From: the human T2T-CHM13v2.0 reference genome, Homo sapiens | Assembly (NCBI RefSeq): GCF_009914755.1 | Contig: NC_060933.1 | Strand: one strand, 5' to 3' | Length of the DNA stretch: 64,000 bases | Shown here: positions 18,175-33,166 of the stretch, piece by piece | How positions within the stretch are numbered: position 1 is the stretch's first letter | How the letters are laid out: the number at the start of each line of letters is the position of its first letter | Notes under the pieces: generated by a model | The model's input: the letters and a program-made list of their open reading frames with translations, nothing else | Told to the model about the DNA's origin: nothing | Database searches by the model: none | Translations under genes and position numbers: made by a program

Positions 18175-19473
18175 TCATGCCTAGCTCTTGATGTCACAAT
18201 ATGATTATTCTGGAAAGTTATTTCTGTTTTGACAAAGCCTGGCTTTCAACAATAGGTTGACTTGTGACATAATCCCCTTTTGAATATCAAAAATTGAATA
18301 TTAGGTCTTTTTTTCATTTTGAACCATATCTATAACAATCCAAAAATTCTCTGAGGCATGTTTTTCAGATGTCTCTGGCAGAATAGGGAAAAGTTCAGTT
18401 TGAGAAAATACAAAACAAAGTCAAAGCACATTAAAATATTACAAAAAAAAGTTATTCTGTTTCATTTTTATCTTCTCACAAGACCTACTGTGAAACAATG
18501 GACAAATTTGACATACAGCAAATTCTAGCTGAAAAACAAAGGATGAAAATATTTATATGTGTTTTTCTAGTTCTTTTTTGTGAGTACCTTTGAAAATATA
18601 ATTTGTATCATTGACTTTCTTGTAATTTCTCACACAAAAAAAAGCTAAATTAGGTCTTGTTTTCAAGGAACTCACCAGGAATGATGACTTAGTACTTGAT
18701 ATCTTTGCTATTTCCAAATGAATAATATCTGTCCCACCAAAAATAACCCTGAAGCCTTATATACTTTGTATTTCTTTGTGTTGCAATCTTTGGATGAGGA
18801 GTGAACATTTGTTTCTTTTTGGTATTCTAGTAGTAACATCTCGTAGGCAAAAAAAGGTACAAATAAAAATTGTTATTATTATCTTGGTATGAATGTAACT
18901 TTTTTAGTATTAATTTGGGGCAGGCCAAAAGAGAAATTTCAGAAGCAGGACTTGTAATATAGAGGTTTTGTGCTGTTACTGAAACTTTTTCTTCCTGGCA
19001 TTCTTTAAAAAGAAACTTTCCTGAGATGCCTGGTGAGGTAACACGAGTGGCTTCTCTGGCCAGGATTTAGCTGCCTCCCAGGAATAACTATCTCCTAAGG
19101 GCCTGGCTCCTTGGTAGCATGTGCTAAGACACTGAAGACGAAATCTAACTACAATTCTAAAGTATTTGGCAGGTCAATAGTTGATAGCGCTAGAAGTATT
19201 CAAAAGAAATCATAATATGATTGTGTTGACTTATAAAAGAGGTAGCTGAAAGAAGTGAAAAAAGTCTCAATCACGTGGCATTTCTTCTTCACCAAAGCTT
19301 CATTATTTCTCATATTTTCAGTGTTTTAATCGTAGAACTATAATTTAAAATATAATTTTTGGGAAACTAATATCTCTTTATGCATTTTGAGGTGTGATCT
19401 TGCCCATATCTGGACAAGATATGGGCAAGATATGGCAAGATATGGACAAGATCTTGCTCATATCTGGGCAAAA

Positions 19474-19502
19474 TGTGTGTGTGTGTGTGTGTGTATGTGT
19501 GT
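19474..19502. repeat. (TG)n microsatellite
   Basis: Read directly. Confidence 0.9.
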
Positions 19503-20965
19503 AGCATCAAATCTCTAGTAAGCCCAGCTTTAATATGGAAGTCATAAAGAGGAGAAATGAGTGAATGTTGCTGAAATTTACTTTATAGATGTTGCTTTTG
19601 GAAACCGCTGGTGAGCTAACGTACTATCAGTTTTGCAAACTGATCTTTAGAATCCTATAATAAATAAAAAGTTTTAGTTATAAGATTGTCATATGTATTG
19701 GAGGAATTACTAGAAGGGGGACATTTCTTTTTATGATGACTATTAATGGCTTTCTCTAGTTGCAAGTATGATCCAATATTTCCTCACCCGTTTTTTCTTC
19801 TATTTGTAATAGGCCCTGTGCCTTACTCCAAGAAGTGTTTCTCACCAGCGATTAATAGGATGCAACACACAAAAAGGGCTGGTGAATCTGTTTGTTACAC
19901 TCTACTTACTAAGGCTATGGCTACAATACTCCAGTGCTGAAGTCAGTGAAAAGGCATCATCCAAACACAATCCAAGGAAAATGCAAGCTGATACAGCACA
20001 AAGATGCTTTGTTTAAGAATGGCAGAAATTTCCAGCAACTATCTGGGAGAAAAAAAATGCAGGATGGGAGGGAATGTAATCAAATAACAAAACAAACCCA
20101 AACTAAAAGAGAATCTTTATAAACCAGCACAAGGACACTTTGTTTTTAAGTGCACACAATGAATTTTAAAGATCTTTGTTCAGAAGGGAAATAAAGTATT
20201 ATGAAGGACTGACACATTTGATGGATGGATGGTTTCTGAAAAACCACATTATCAATTACTTTTTCCTTGTTTGGCTCCAGTCCAGTAATTTTTATTTGAA
20301 CAAGCCACATGCTAGCATGGTTTTGATTGCAGGAAGTAACTGGTTGTTGTTAAAGGATACTATTTCACTGATGAGCTTATCTCTTCCTCCCCCCTGCCCT
20401 TTCTGATGGGAATCCGATATGAAAGGCACAGCTTCAGTTGTTATAAACAGAGTCAGGGATTGTTTGATAGACCCACCCGTGTTTTGCTTTCAGCATTCTG
20501 TGGTACAATCCAGACAATGTATTCAGCAGGGCTTCAGAAAACAAAAGTTGAATTCGGCTTATTTCTGTTCTCAACTCTGACATGAAATTTTGATATCTCT
20601 GATGTTTGTCTCTCATAAATCTAAGTTTGTTAGCAAAAAAAAAGTTATGAATATTATATTCTTTTTTATATTAGACTATCTCAAGTGAAGCCTACTGAGA
20701 AAAAAGAATCTTTATGGAACAGTGAAGCTAAAATGTATCAAAGATCTTCTCAAACAATATAGTGCCTTGTACTAGCTTTGCTTGTTTTCTAATCTTATCA
20801 AAACAAGTATATCAGAACATTATTAGTGTAAATATAAGAAATACAGCTAATTAAGCTATATTATTAAGTACTCTCAGTTTTCCCTTGCCCTTAAAGAAAG
20901 ATTTGGGGGCAGTCATCAGTGGACAGGAAATTATCTATGAAATCAATTGCTGACACACACAGGGC

Positions 20966-21004
20966 TGTGTGTGTGTGTGTGTGTGTGCGCGTGTGTGTGT
21001 GTGT
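20966..21004. repeat. (TG)n microsatellite, interrupted
   Basis: Read directly. Confidence 0.9.
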
Positions 21005-22183
21005 CTGCTAGTCAAGATATCTTCCTTTATGATTGAATATTTTTTGCATGTTACCATGCCTGAAACTTAAACTATTTCTAAGTTCCCAGGGTATCATGGT
21101 AACTATAGGCTTTGGAAAGTTATTTAAGTATGTTTCCTAGTTCTATATTTTAAACACTAATTTTAGTGATTATTTCTCTGCTGAGAATTAAAAGTAAAAA
21201 GGTGGTCTTAAAGAATAGGCCATTTGATTATTCATCAGAACATGAAAACAATTCCAAATGAATTAGAATTTAACCTTGTTCAATGGAGGAAATATAAATT
21301 TAGCAACCATTTTGTTGACTTACTAATTCACATCAAAATTCTTCTAAAGATTTTGCAACATAGATGTATAAAATATATTATTAACCACAACTTATTCCCT
21401 GAAAACAAAATGAAGAAAGCAAAACACATTTCATATCAAAATTATGTATCTAAATATCATTTCTTTCTGATGTGAAGGCAGCTTGGAAAACAGCAAACAA
21501 AACAAACCCTTCCAGAGGAAAAAAAGTCCTGGGTTTGAATTTGCTGGTTGGCTGAACTTAGACAAGTTAGGGAACCTGAGGCTCCATGGATTCACCTTTA
21601 AAAAGAAGATGAGATGGAGATTATGGGATTGTATTCAATCATTTATATTAGGATGTGTGGCACACTCAATAAATGTTAGCTACCAATGGGGTTGATTACA
21701 GAACCTAGCTGTGGAATAAATATAAGTCCTTTCCAGGATATAAGAGAGCTTGGTGAGGCAAGATTCATATTAGAGACTTTCCAGTACTCTAAGTCTTTAT
21801 ATTTATAATATCAAAAACAAAATTATACATCCCTTTATATATTTAAATATTCAGTTGAATTACTAGTTAGTACTCTATTTGCCAATTCTTCCTCCCTAAG
21901 CTATGACTTTGTATATATTTGGTTTTAATAATTAGTAAAGTTCTAGTTGTGTATGCAGTAGCTTTACAGATAATAAAAATTTAATTAAACTTACTTTGAT
22001 GCAACTTTGATTATACATTTTCCTAAGCATTGCATAAATAATTCAAAAATGTATGTGACTAACATCCCTCATTCATCAAAAATCTAAAGTTCTCTCAAAT
22101 TTTCAAAAGCTAAGTGTTAAATGTGGTTGTGTTCAGGTATTTTAAACATCCTGCTCTAGAACTGATAGAAAATGTACAGTTAA

Positions 22184-22512
<329 letters not shown>

Positions 22513-23909
22513 ATTATTATAGTTTTTATAGGTTAGAGGAGATCTCTGAATCTAATTTTTACAACATGATTCACATGTTTACTGTTTTCAGAGCAAGTTG
22601 TTAGAGAAGGATTGCTGGCCAGCAATGTAAATGTTATAAAAATGTTTCCAAATTTAATTTGCAATAAATATCTGACAATTCATTCACATTTTCAATGTCT
22701 TATGAAAATATATTTATATATGAAAATTGCGATCATAATAAATAATTTTCCGAATGATTAATCACATGTTAAAAATTTCAAAGAATATAAGTTCCTCTAA
22801 GGATTTAAAAATAAACTGTTTCCTTTCAAGAAAGCATAAGGACCAAATTTCTTAACCTTATAAAGGAAAAAGTTCTTTATTGCTTTTAAGTCCTTGATGA
22901 AAGTCATTCCTGGAGATTATAAGATTATTTTCAGAATGACTTTCCTTTTAAAAACTGTAATTTCTCTTTAATTTCTCACTGGAAAAATTATAAAAGGTGC
23001 CTCAGTCTGGATTACAAATTGGGAATGGCGAGTTATTTTTGCATTTCTCTCTTTCATATAGATGTTGCAAAAATTAGTCAGATTCAGAAATCTACCCTAA
23101 GCTATAAAAACACTACACAGTAGCAGCTGTACGGGGGAAAAGTATGCCAATCATGCTAATCATAGATTTTCTATGAGGTGAGAGTAGATGAGGGAAGGAG
23201 AATTGCTAGACTGAATGGTGACTGAGTGGCCTCTGCTACTGAGCATTTCAAAGGGGCAGATATAACCAAGGGATGGGGATGGTTGTTATTCCACTTTCAG
23301 TGTGTGCCCGTCTGACTCATTAACTCCCTCCATCCCCCAAAACTTCAGTAAAGGCATTCACACATGGCTTGGGTCACGGTACTTCAGAAGAGTACGGGAT
23401 GTCCCAAAGGGTAGTCTGGTGTGGAAAATGGACAGATGAGCAGGGGGCATAGAAGGGAGATCAAGCTTTCATCAGAAACAAGAAATGACAGAGAAACAGA
23501 GGTACTCCCACAGCAATCCCTGGAGCTACTGAGAAGGATGTTGAACTTCTTATTGTACTTGGGTTGATGGTGAGTCATTCTTGTCTAAAGCTATAAAAAC
23601 AAGGAATCCAGCAGAGGCTGGAGATGAGGGCATCCATTTCCTGACATATGGGTTATACTGATAACACCTTTCTATACATACACACTTAGATTGTAGAGTT
23701 GGTGTGTACCTGTATTGATACATACACACCAACTCTGAGCCAGGCCAGTCACTGTTCTCCGAGTTACAGTTTTCAAATTTTTAAGATGGTCACACCACCA
23801 CCTGCTCTCCCCATCCAACAAGGTTTTGGAAGGAAGGAAAAGGCATGTGGAAGCACTTTGTAAAGCACAAAGCATAATAATCATTGTAAGGCATTAAAAG
23901 GCAGCTCTA

Positions 23910-24208
23910 GGCTGGGCGCCCTGGCTCTCACCTGTAATCCCAGCACTTTGGGAGGCTGAGGGAGGTGGATCACTTGAGGTCAGGAGTTCTAGACCAGCCT
24001 GGTCAACATAGCAAAACCCCGTCTCTATCAAAGATATAAAAGTTAGCCAGGCCTGGTGGTCACGCCTGTAATCCCAGCTACTCAGGTGGCTGAGACACGA
24101 AAATTGCTTGAACCTGGGAGGCAGAGGTTGCAGCTGAGATCCCACCATTGCATGCCAGCCTGGGTGACAAAGGGAGACTTTGTCTAAAAAAAAAAAAAAA
24201 AAAAAAAA
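23910..24208 (+). mobile_element. Alu
   Basis: Dimer plus A tail; TSD aaaag(g/t)cagctcta. Confidence 0.95.
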
Positions 24209-25100
24209 GTCAGCTCTAGTAGAATAGAAAAAAAGTGGAATTTGAAAAGTCAAGTTTGATTCCCAACTTGTTTGCTTTACTACTTGTATAATCTTCAAGA
24301 GGCCATTGGTTTCTGTGAACCTAGTTTCCTAGTCTGTAAAATGGGGATTATAATACCCATTCTGCTTCTCTGCTGGTACCTTTACATAGTACCAGAGGTA
24401 ATAATATGTAACAACACTATGTAAACACTCGGGGTTCATATAAAAATAAGGTATCAAATGGTCTTTCTTGCAGACATATTTAATAAAAACCTATAATAAA
24501 AGCATTCAAATTTTGTTCTATATAAAAGCAAGGAGCAGAAGCAGAGGGTGTCCCCATGAATGAAAATTTCTCAGAATATCATTGTCTTTTTGAAAAGTAG
24601 TAGTGCACTGGACTAGATATTACACTGTGAATGATGGCTCACTCACACTATTTTACAAGGATTGCTATTAAAGGAAGTCATGTGATTTACCAGAATTGTT
24701 CCGGGCTACATAATATTGAGGACAAGTCCTGAATTGAATTATAGCAGTAGGAGCCCACATAGTAGCATTAAGAATATAGTTCCTTACAGTTTAGATCATT
24801 TTATGAGACAACTAATCAATTTTCAACAAATGCGTCTGCAGCCACTTTCCCCCAAATAATCTTCATTGCAAGAGATAATTTTTTCAGAAGTATTAAAAAG
24901 GGGTAAGGAAAATATAATCAACCTCAGCAGATGATCCTAATTCAAAATCCATTCCATATGACCAACTCTGAGATGATAAAATACAACATTTTTTAGAGCA
25001 GCAAATGTTTGCATTTAGGGGAAAGGGGTTTAGAGATCATACTTACCTCCCTTAAGGATAAAACACAACATAGATGAGACCAGAAAGGTTAAAGGGGTTA

Positions 25101-25539
<439 letters not shown>

Positions 25540-27835
25540 CTACACCTACCCCATTCCCGCACCACTCATTTCAGAAAGGAAATGCGCAGATTTTCTCCTG
25601 TAATGTCTGCCCTATAGGCTGTTGTGATAGTTAGCAAGAGTGGGAGCCTGTGGAAAGGCACGGCAAGAGCAGCTGCATAGGTGTGAACCCTGCTGTTAGT
25701 TGAAAGTAAAAGGACTAGGGCTTCAGCACTGTGCATCTCTTTGGAACTTCCTTACTGAGCCTTCAGACACTCTGAGGTCGGAGGCTGAAGGGAGTGAGCC
25801 ATGCTTCCTGCAGCCATGGTAATTCTCAGTTTCAGCCTTTGCACAGTGGCAGCTGCAACACAGTCATCTCCCTGATTCACCCTCTGCCCCCATTTTTGCA
25901 ATAAAACATCTGCTTGAAAAGGAGTAAACCAGGCAGGTGAGTTGGATAGTGCTCAAATTACATACTTTAATTGAATACTCATTTGTGGAATTCAGGTTTA
26001 TGCAAGGTATTAAATCAGGAGGTAGGAGACAAGAGTTCTGATCTCTGCTTCAGTACTTACAAGCCATATAACCTTGGGCAAGTGACTTATTTCTGAGCCT
26101 CAGTTGATTAATCTTTAAAGTGGGGATAATAATATCTTGTTTGCTTAAAGGCAGGGGAATGAAACAGAAGCAGCTGTTAAAGATCCCTTCTAGATTCTAG
26201 AAAATTAAAGACAATGTGAGCGTTCCTCAAGTAAGGGAGTCATTTTTAGTAGTGTATTTCTTAGATATGATCTCTGTTATAGAGTATAAATAAGTTCACA
26301 GCTCTTTTTAACTATTCAAGACAACTGTTCAGACTAGCAAGAAGTCAGGGTCTCCCTCAGCTCCATTGTTGACATAAGGTGTGCCTATAAAAGTGCTATG
26401 CAGCCTTATCTTCCTCACACACTCAGCTATTTATCCCGAAGCACCCCATTAATGCCAGGATGTCTAATCCAAAAGGAGATTTGTATCTTCAATAAAGAGT
26501 TATTTCCGAATGAGAAAGATCCATACTTCCTGCCTCTGTATTGCAGCTAGTGAATTTGGGTCACTGGTCCATTCTCCTGTTGACTTCAGCTGCGTTCTAG
26601 ATAGCCCCTCCCACATACACCACTGTGTCTGCACCATAATCTCCGGGAGGGAAGAGAAAGCTTCAGTGCTCCTTCTTGCCTGCAGACTTAATTAGGGATA
26701 ATCTCAAAGCATTCAAATAATGTAGCGTTTCAATAAGGACAGTTATTTTGTCCCAGAAGCCTCCTTAGTACCTATGCAAATTTGTCCACTGCACTCCCAA
26801 GCCAAGTTCCCTCCCCACAAAAAGGCAACGGGTACCTACATTCCTTTTATCCATCAAGATAAGAAGGGACATCCCAACACAAAGATAGCTTGGCAGTCTT
26901 CACCACTAAACATTGAGGCAGCTGGCAACAAACCTCTACCTAACCAGACAAGTTAAGAAATTTGTCACTCTCTTTAGCATTGATGTCCTGAATCTTTTTC
27001 AATAATGAGTTTTCTGTCCAGTTCTCTCTATCTTAACATAGATGGGAGGATGGTTTCTGAGCAAGTCAATTGCAGATCTAGAAATGGATGTGCATGTCCT
27101 TGATTCTCTATGATCATTGCTGTTCTAGCTATATATTCAATGCAGAGCTTGACATTCAAACTTGCATAGGCATCCTCTTTCCAAATTAAAATGGACCCAT
27201 CACTCATTAGTGGGGGTGAGGTAGTGGCAGTACCAAAGGATGTGTGTGGGAAGGGCAGCATATGTGCTTCTGTACTCTTTATCAGCTGCCCCCAATTAAA
27301 AACAATTGATAATTCTTTAATATGACAAAGGGTACTTTCTTAATCTTAGGTCAAGTATGAACGTGGGCACCTTATACCAAGTTGATATTTGTAATGATCT
27401 TGTCACTCCCTGCTTACGAGCCTTTCTCCCTCCACAATGGCTATTATAATCAGAGTAGAAAATGAAAGCTTTTATTAGGCATAAGAAGTTCAATGTGACC
27501 AGAACCCAGTGATGTAGCCATGACCTAATCTTATATTACTCTGTGTCTAGCATGTACCAGTCTTTAAAAAATGCTCACATTCACCAACACTTCCTCAAAT
27601 GAGGCTTTTGAATCCACCTGAAATTTGCTTCTCAGTGATTTTTGCTTTGGCTGACTCTTTCTAGGCATTCAGGCTTCTGCTTAAATGTCACCTCCTCCAA
27701 GAAGGCTTCTATGAACTCCCATCTGAACTAGTTCTACTACTCCTGTCACTCCTTCATATTATGCAACTGTTTGTCTATCTCCCCCCATCAGAATGTAAGC
27801 TCCAGCAAGAAAGACACTTTGCTTATGTTGTTTAC

Positions 27836-28521
27836 TGTATCAATCGGGATCCGATCAAGAGAGAAAAACAGTAATTTCAACAAGGAAAGTTCAATATAAA
27901 AAATTATTACCTATAACAGGGAATTGGATCAAAGGGAGATTGGTAAGAGGTAAAGAGAGCTCTAAATAATACAGAAATAGAGATATAAGGAACAGCTACT
28001 TACTAACCCTAGGGCTGAGATACAGCATCTCAAAAAGAGCTCCTCCAAGACACAGACACACTCTTAGGGCTGGCTGAGATCCAGACTTTGCTGGAGAGGG
28101 CACAGTTGTAACTTTCTGAATAGCAGGAGAGCCCTGCTAGAATTCTGCCTTCTGGAACTTGCTAGAAATCCACATTCCAGAACTCGTTGGAAATCCATTC
28201 TCTGGGGTTCCAAGGAAAGCTGCTGAGGGAGGTGACTCATTAGAGGCACTTGCTCCAAAGCCACCTAAGGGGCTTCTGGAGGAAGCTGCTGGCTGCTGGG
28301 TGCTGCTGCTTGCTACCTGTGCTGTAGGAACCTGCCCAGTATGCAACCAGAGCCAGGAACCAGGAAACCAAACCCTTTCCTCCTGCAATGTCTCTCCAGC
28401 GCCTTCTATTGACCTAGCTTTTTTAACAGCTGGAAAATATTTAAAGGGCTCAGATTCAGTTTCACTAGGCAGGCAATGAGGATGAATTTGGAGCTAAGAG
28501 GCAACATATTAATAATAGCCA
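27836..28521. mobile_element. Probable ancient LTR-type element nested in an L2 3' end
   Basis: L2-like sequence (agaatgtaagctcc.. at ~27790; tggcacatagtagg..aataaatattt at ~28550) is interrupted by a ~690-bp unrelated block; family not determined. Confidence 0.3.
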
Positions 28522-29675
28522 CTTTTATTGTGAAATCCCCATATTCTGGCACATAGTAGGTTTAATAAATATTTGGTGAAGTAATAAATAAATGATTTAC
28601 ATCTAACCAAAGTGAAAAGCATGCTTGGCATATGTCACTTCAAGATTGGAGCTTTCAGGCCTAGCTTTTAACATGAAAGTTGCTGCCAAGTGCCTCCCAC
28701 ATGAAAACTCTGGAACACCCCACCTACCCCCCACTCTGTGGTAGGGATAAGACAGGCCTCCAGATAACATCATAGCTTGGCTCAACAGTTAGCGAGAAGT
28801 GCAATGAGAGAAGCACAGCAGAGAAAAGGAGAAAAAGTGGCCATGAGCCCCACTTACAGTCTGTGTTACGGCTAGGGCTGGGCCGCCAGTTGCTGCATTT
28901 GCATCTTTCTGAGACATTGAGGTGAGTTACATAGCTCTGCCACGTGGCCAAAATGTGAAACACATCCAAGGGCTATATTTTAATACAGAACTTAAAAAAT
29001 AAAGAAACATCTTGACTTCTCTAGCCACTTTCCTGTTGACACAAACCATCGAGAGAGATTAGGGGAAAGATCCTTGCTATAAGTGATCTGATATTTCCTA
29101 ACAGAGCAAAGTTTCCTCTTTGTCCACTGACCCTTTCAATAGTTCTTCGGGTTCTATTCTTAGAATTCTCGTTTCCTGTCCTGAGAGAAAACTGCACAGA
29201 ATTTCAATAAATATGACCCAAATGATGTGGAAACTTCCTATAAGGATGCAATGAGGTATTCATTCATTAATGCCATCAACAAATATTTACTGAGCACCAA
29301 CTACCAGACAGTGATGGCAGACATAATTTGGGGAGTTTGGAGTGCAACTGTGAACACAACCAGGTCCCTGTTCTCATGGAACTTGCTAACATTCTGGCTA
29401 AAATAGAGAACATGGAACTTCCTACAGAGGCACTGTGGGTGATTTCACAAACCATTGAAAAGCTCTAGTGGGAGCAAGCAACTAACCAACCTTAGAATAA
29501 AACATGGTTGTTGCTGGTGTTCTTAGAAACTTCGCTGTCCTCGTGTGCAAATTGTATCACTAAAGTCTTCTCACTTTTGATTCTTGGGAAGGTTTCAGGG
29601 CAGGGCTGTCTAATGGAAATATGTAAGCCTCATAATTTAAAATCTTCTAGGAACAAAGTTAAAAAAGTAAAAAGA

Positions 29676-30172
<497 letters not shown>

Positions 30173-31739
30173 TTATAAATTATTGAGCTGCAGTTTTTTC
30201 ACATTAATTTTTTCAAAATGCCACATATATGTGTACTTACAGCACATCTCATTTTGAATTGGACACATTTCAAGTGCTTAACAGTCACATGTGGCTAGGT
30301 ATGGAACAGCAGAGGTTCAGAAAACTGTCAAAAGGACTTCTCTGTCCTCTTATTTTGGGGATGGAGGCGAAAATATTTGCCGAATTGAAACATTCTGTGA
30401 ACTTTGGCTCTGGGTTTTTAGTATGAAATTAGAGGCAGGTGAAGACCACCATAGCCTTCCTTTGCACCAGCTCACTACAGTGGCCAGAACGGAAGGAGGT
30501 TCACAGAACGTGCTAGGTTGGACATTAAGTCACCGAGTCATCCACTGAGGAAAGGGATATCATTAAGAAGAATAGTTTTCCACTAACGCCGAACCGGCGG
30601 CACCATCTCAACCAACAGGTCAAGTTACAGTAGGCAAGCACGCATAGAAATAAACGTCTAAAACCCAGCCTGTTACATTAGCCAACACTCTTCTTGACTT
30701 TTTCCGAATTTTTTCCCTGTCCCCAAGATTAGCCGCTCGCTAGAAAAGACTGCGAGCCTCAGCAGCCTCCCCTTGAACTGGGGCGCTGCCTCCAGCTGGA
30801 CACGGACTAAGGATGGAAAGGCGCACTGACGGAGGCCGCCCCCATTTCCCAGGCCCCTCCCTAGGGGTGCCCCTCCTCAGCCATGGCTGCCCCTTTCTCT
30901 CCTCCTCCAGCATCTGCCCCTGGGGCCACCCCCACCTTTCCGCCATCTCTCGGGCCCGCGTGGCACCCTGCTCTGTTTTTAACGGGGATAAACTTGACTT
31001 GCTTCTCCAAAGAGCGGGAAAAAGAGGCGCAGTCTTGGTACTGATCTGGGGGAGGGAACGTCCCAGGGCGCGCAGGGGCGTTTTCTACCCGTGCCCCGTC
31101 GGCCTGCTCTGTTCAGTACCGACCGTGTTCGGGGTTCACGTGGCCCAGTCGGCAAAGTTTCTTTGGAGGTCCAGCGTCTCTGATTCCCGGATCTTCAGCC
31201 CCACCCGGAGCCCCCACGGTTACTGCCCCCCGCGACCCCCGATGGAGCGTCGGGATGCGCTTTCTCTCCGAGTGCCTCCGGGGGTGGAGGGAGGGAGGCC
31301 TGTTTCGGAACTAAATGGCAATCACAGCCCCCGCGGGGCTTGGAGGGACGAGCTCCCCGCCCACCCCGCGGCCCCGGCCCCAGCCAGCATCTCGCGACTC
31401 CATTTCTGGCTCTAAACAAGAACGGGGACCGAGTCGCGTTCACACGGAAAATTATGCCGGCTCCAGCGGCGCGTAAAATTGATGTGAACCGAACGAAGTA
31501 AGATCAGCGTGATCCTCCCCCTCTTGTCTCAACAGGGGTTTCGGCGCGTTACACAAGGCCGAGCTTGTCTCTTTAAGGAGACATTGGACCCTAATTAGTC
31601 CGCATTCCTGGCGCGGCTGCGGAGCGAGGGGCCGAAGGTGTCTGGGTTGGGAGACGGGTGGGCGGGAGGACGAGACTCGGAAGAAGATCTTTTGACCAGC
31701 CCCCAGGCTCACCGCTCCCTCCACCCTCTTTATTTTGCC

Positions 31740-31813
31740 GCCACCACCACCACCACCACCAACACCTAATTCTGAAGATGCAGCCAGGGCAGCAGCAACA
31801 GCAGCAGCCGCCG
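31740..31813 (+). repeat. (CCA)n and (CAG/CAA)n trinucleotide tracts in the promoter
   Basis: Read directly. Confidence 0.85.
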
Positions 31814-31836
31814 ATTCTCCCAGCCCCACGTTACTT

Positions 31837-31846
31837 TGATTGACAG
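31837..31846 (+). promoter_or_regulatory. PBX-PREP/MEIS decamer site
   Basis: Exact TGATTGACAG in the promoter CpG island. Confidence 0.55.
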
Positions 31847-32232
31847 CTGAACAAATGTTTTCCCGGTTCGAACGCTCGCGCTAAGGAACGTCAGCCAAGG
31901 CGAAGCTCCGCCTTGGGCGGGCCATCTCCGCCCCGCCTCCGCCAACCTCATTCCTCTTCGTTAATTGGTCGGAGCTACAGGCGACGCCCGGCCCCCACGT
32001 GGGTTTCAGCTGGGTTGGCTCCTCCCCGCTGGCTTGCCATTTGTCAGCAGTGAAATGATGGGCACTAACACAGAACGGCGATTAATGTTCAGCCACCTCT
32101 GATTGGTTGGTGGAGACGCCTACCGCAACGGGGGTGGGCGGGGCGCTTGGAGAGCTCGCCAGAGCGCTCGCATGGCGGGCCGGTGATTGTAGTCAATCTG
32201 GCCGTATTCTCAGGCAGGGTCGCCCGGGGCGG

Positions 32233-32251
32233 ACTACATCTCCCGGGATGC
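32233..32251 (+). promoter_or_regulatory. ZNF143/THAP11-type SBS2 motif
   Basis: ACTACATCTCCCGGGATGC resembles the ACTACANNTCCCAGNATGC promoter motif and sits next to a GC box. Confidence 0.65.
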
Positions 32252-33166
32252 TGCGCGGCCGCCCCGCGGAAGATTGTGAATATGTATCAGAATGTTAATG
32301 ATTAGCTGCTGCTAAATTTGGTCAAAGAAGTCACCTACACAGAGCGTGTTGTTAGAGCTGTGCTGAGCGGGTGTTTGGGTTGTTGGCTGCTTTCTTCCCC
32401 CTTTCTCACACACTTGTATATTATTTTGAGGTGGTGTTCGCAGAGTTTGAAAGGAGAGAGAATTAAAAAAAAAAGCCGCAAGCGTTTCACTCTTTTATTT
32501 TTATAATCCCCTTCAATTTGGGGTTAAAAAAAAGACAAGAAAACAGGAAGGAAGAGAAATAAGGAAATGAGATGTGGTAAAAGAAGCTAAAAGGTGCCTT
32601 TTAAAAGATCGTTGCTGTGAAGTGAAAAAAATCTCCAGAGAAACCAAAAAGCACCGCCGAGACCTCTTCCGAACCAAAGGAGTTTGTGTTTGCTTTTAGG
32701 GAAGAAGAAAGATCATTCATTCGGAGGAATAACAACCAATTAAAAGACAAATAAAAAAAGTTTGGAGTGGGACGCAGAGCGAGCGAGAGGAGCTGCCGGC
32801 GGGCGGTGGGGCGCGGAGCCCGCACTTTCCCGGCCGGGTGAGCGGCGGCCGCGGCGCCGGGCTCGGCGGGTGCGCCTCGGCGGAGCGAACGTCGGAGCGT
32901 TGCCTTGGGAGACGCGCGCCGGACAATGCCCGCGGCGGGCCAGTGACGCCCGCGGGGAATGCGGAGCGGCCCGGCAGCCGGCACCCAGCCGCCGCCGCGC
33001 GTTCCTGCCGCCCGTGTCACGCGAGACCCGGCGGGGGCCGGGACCGCCCGAGCCGCCCCTCAGACCGAGCCGGCCGCCTCCGCTGCCGCGGCCGCCTCCT
33101 CTTCGGGGTCATTAAAGCCAATGAGCCGCGCGCCTCTGCCGAGCGCAGCCAACTAAATCGGCTTGG

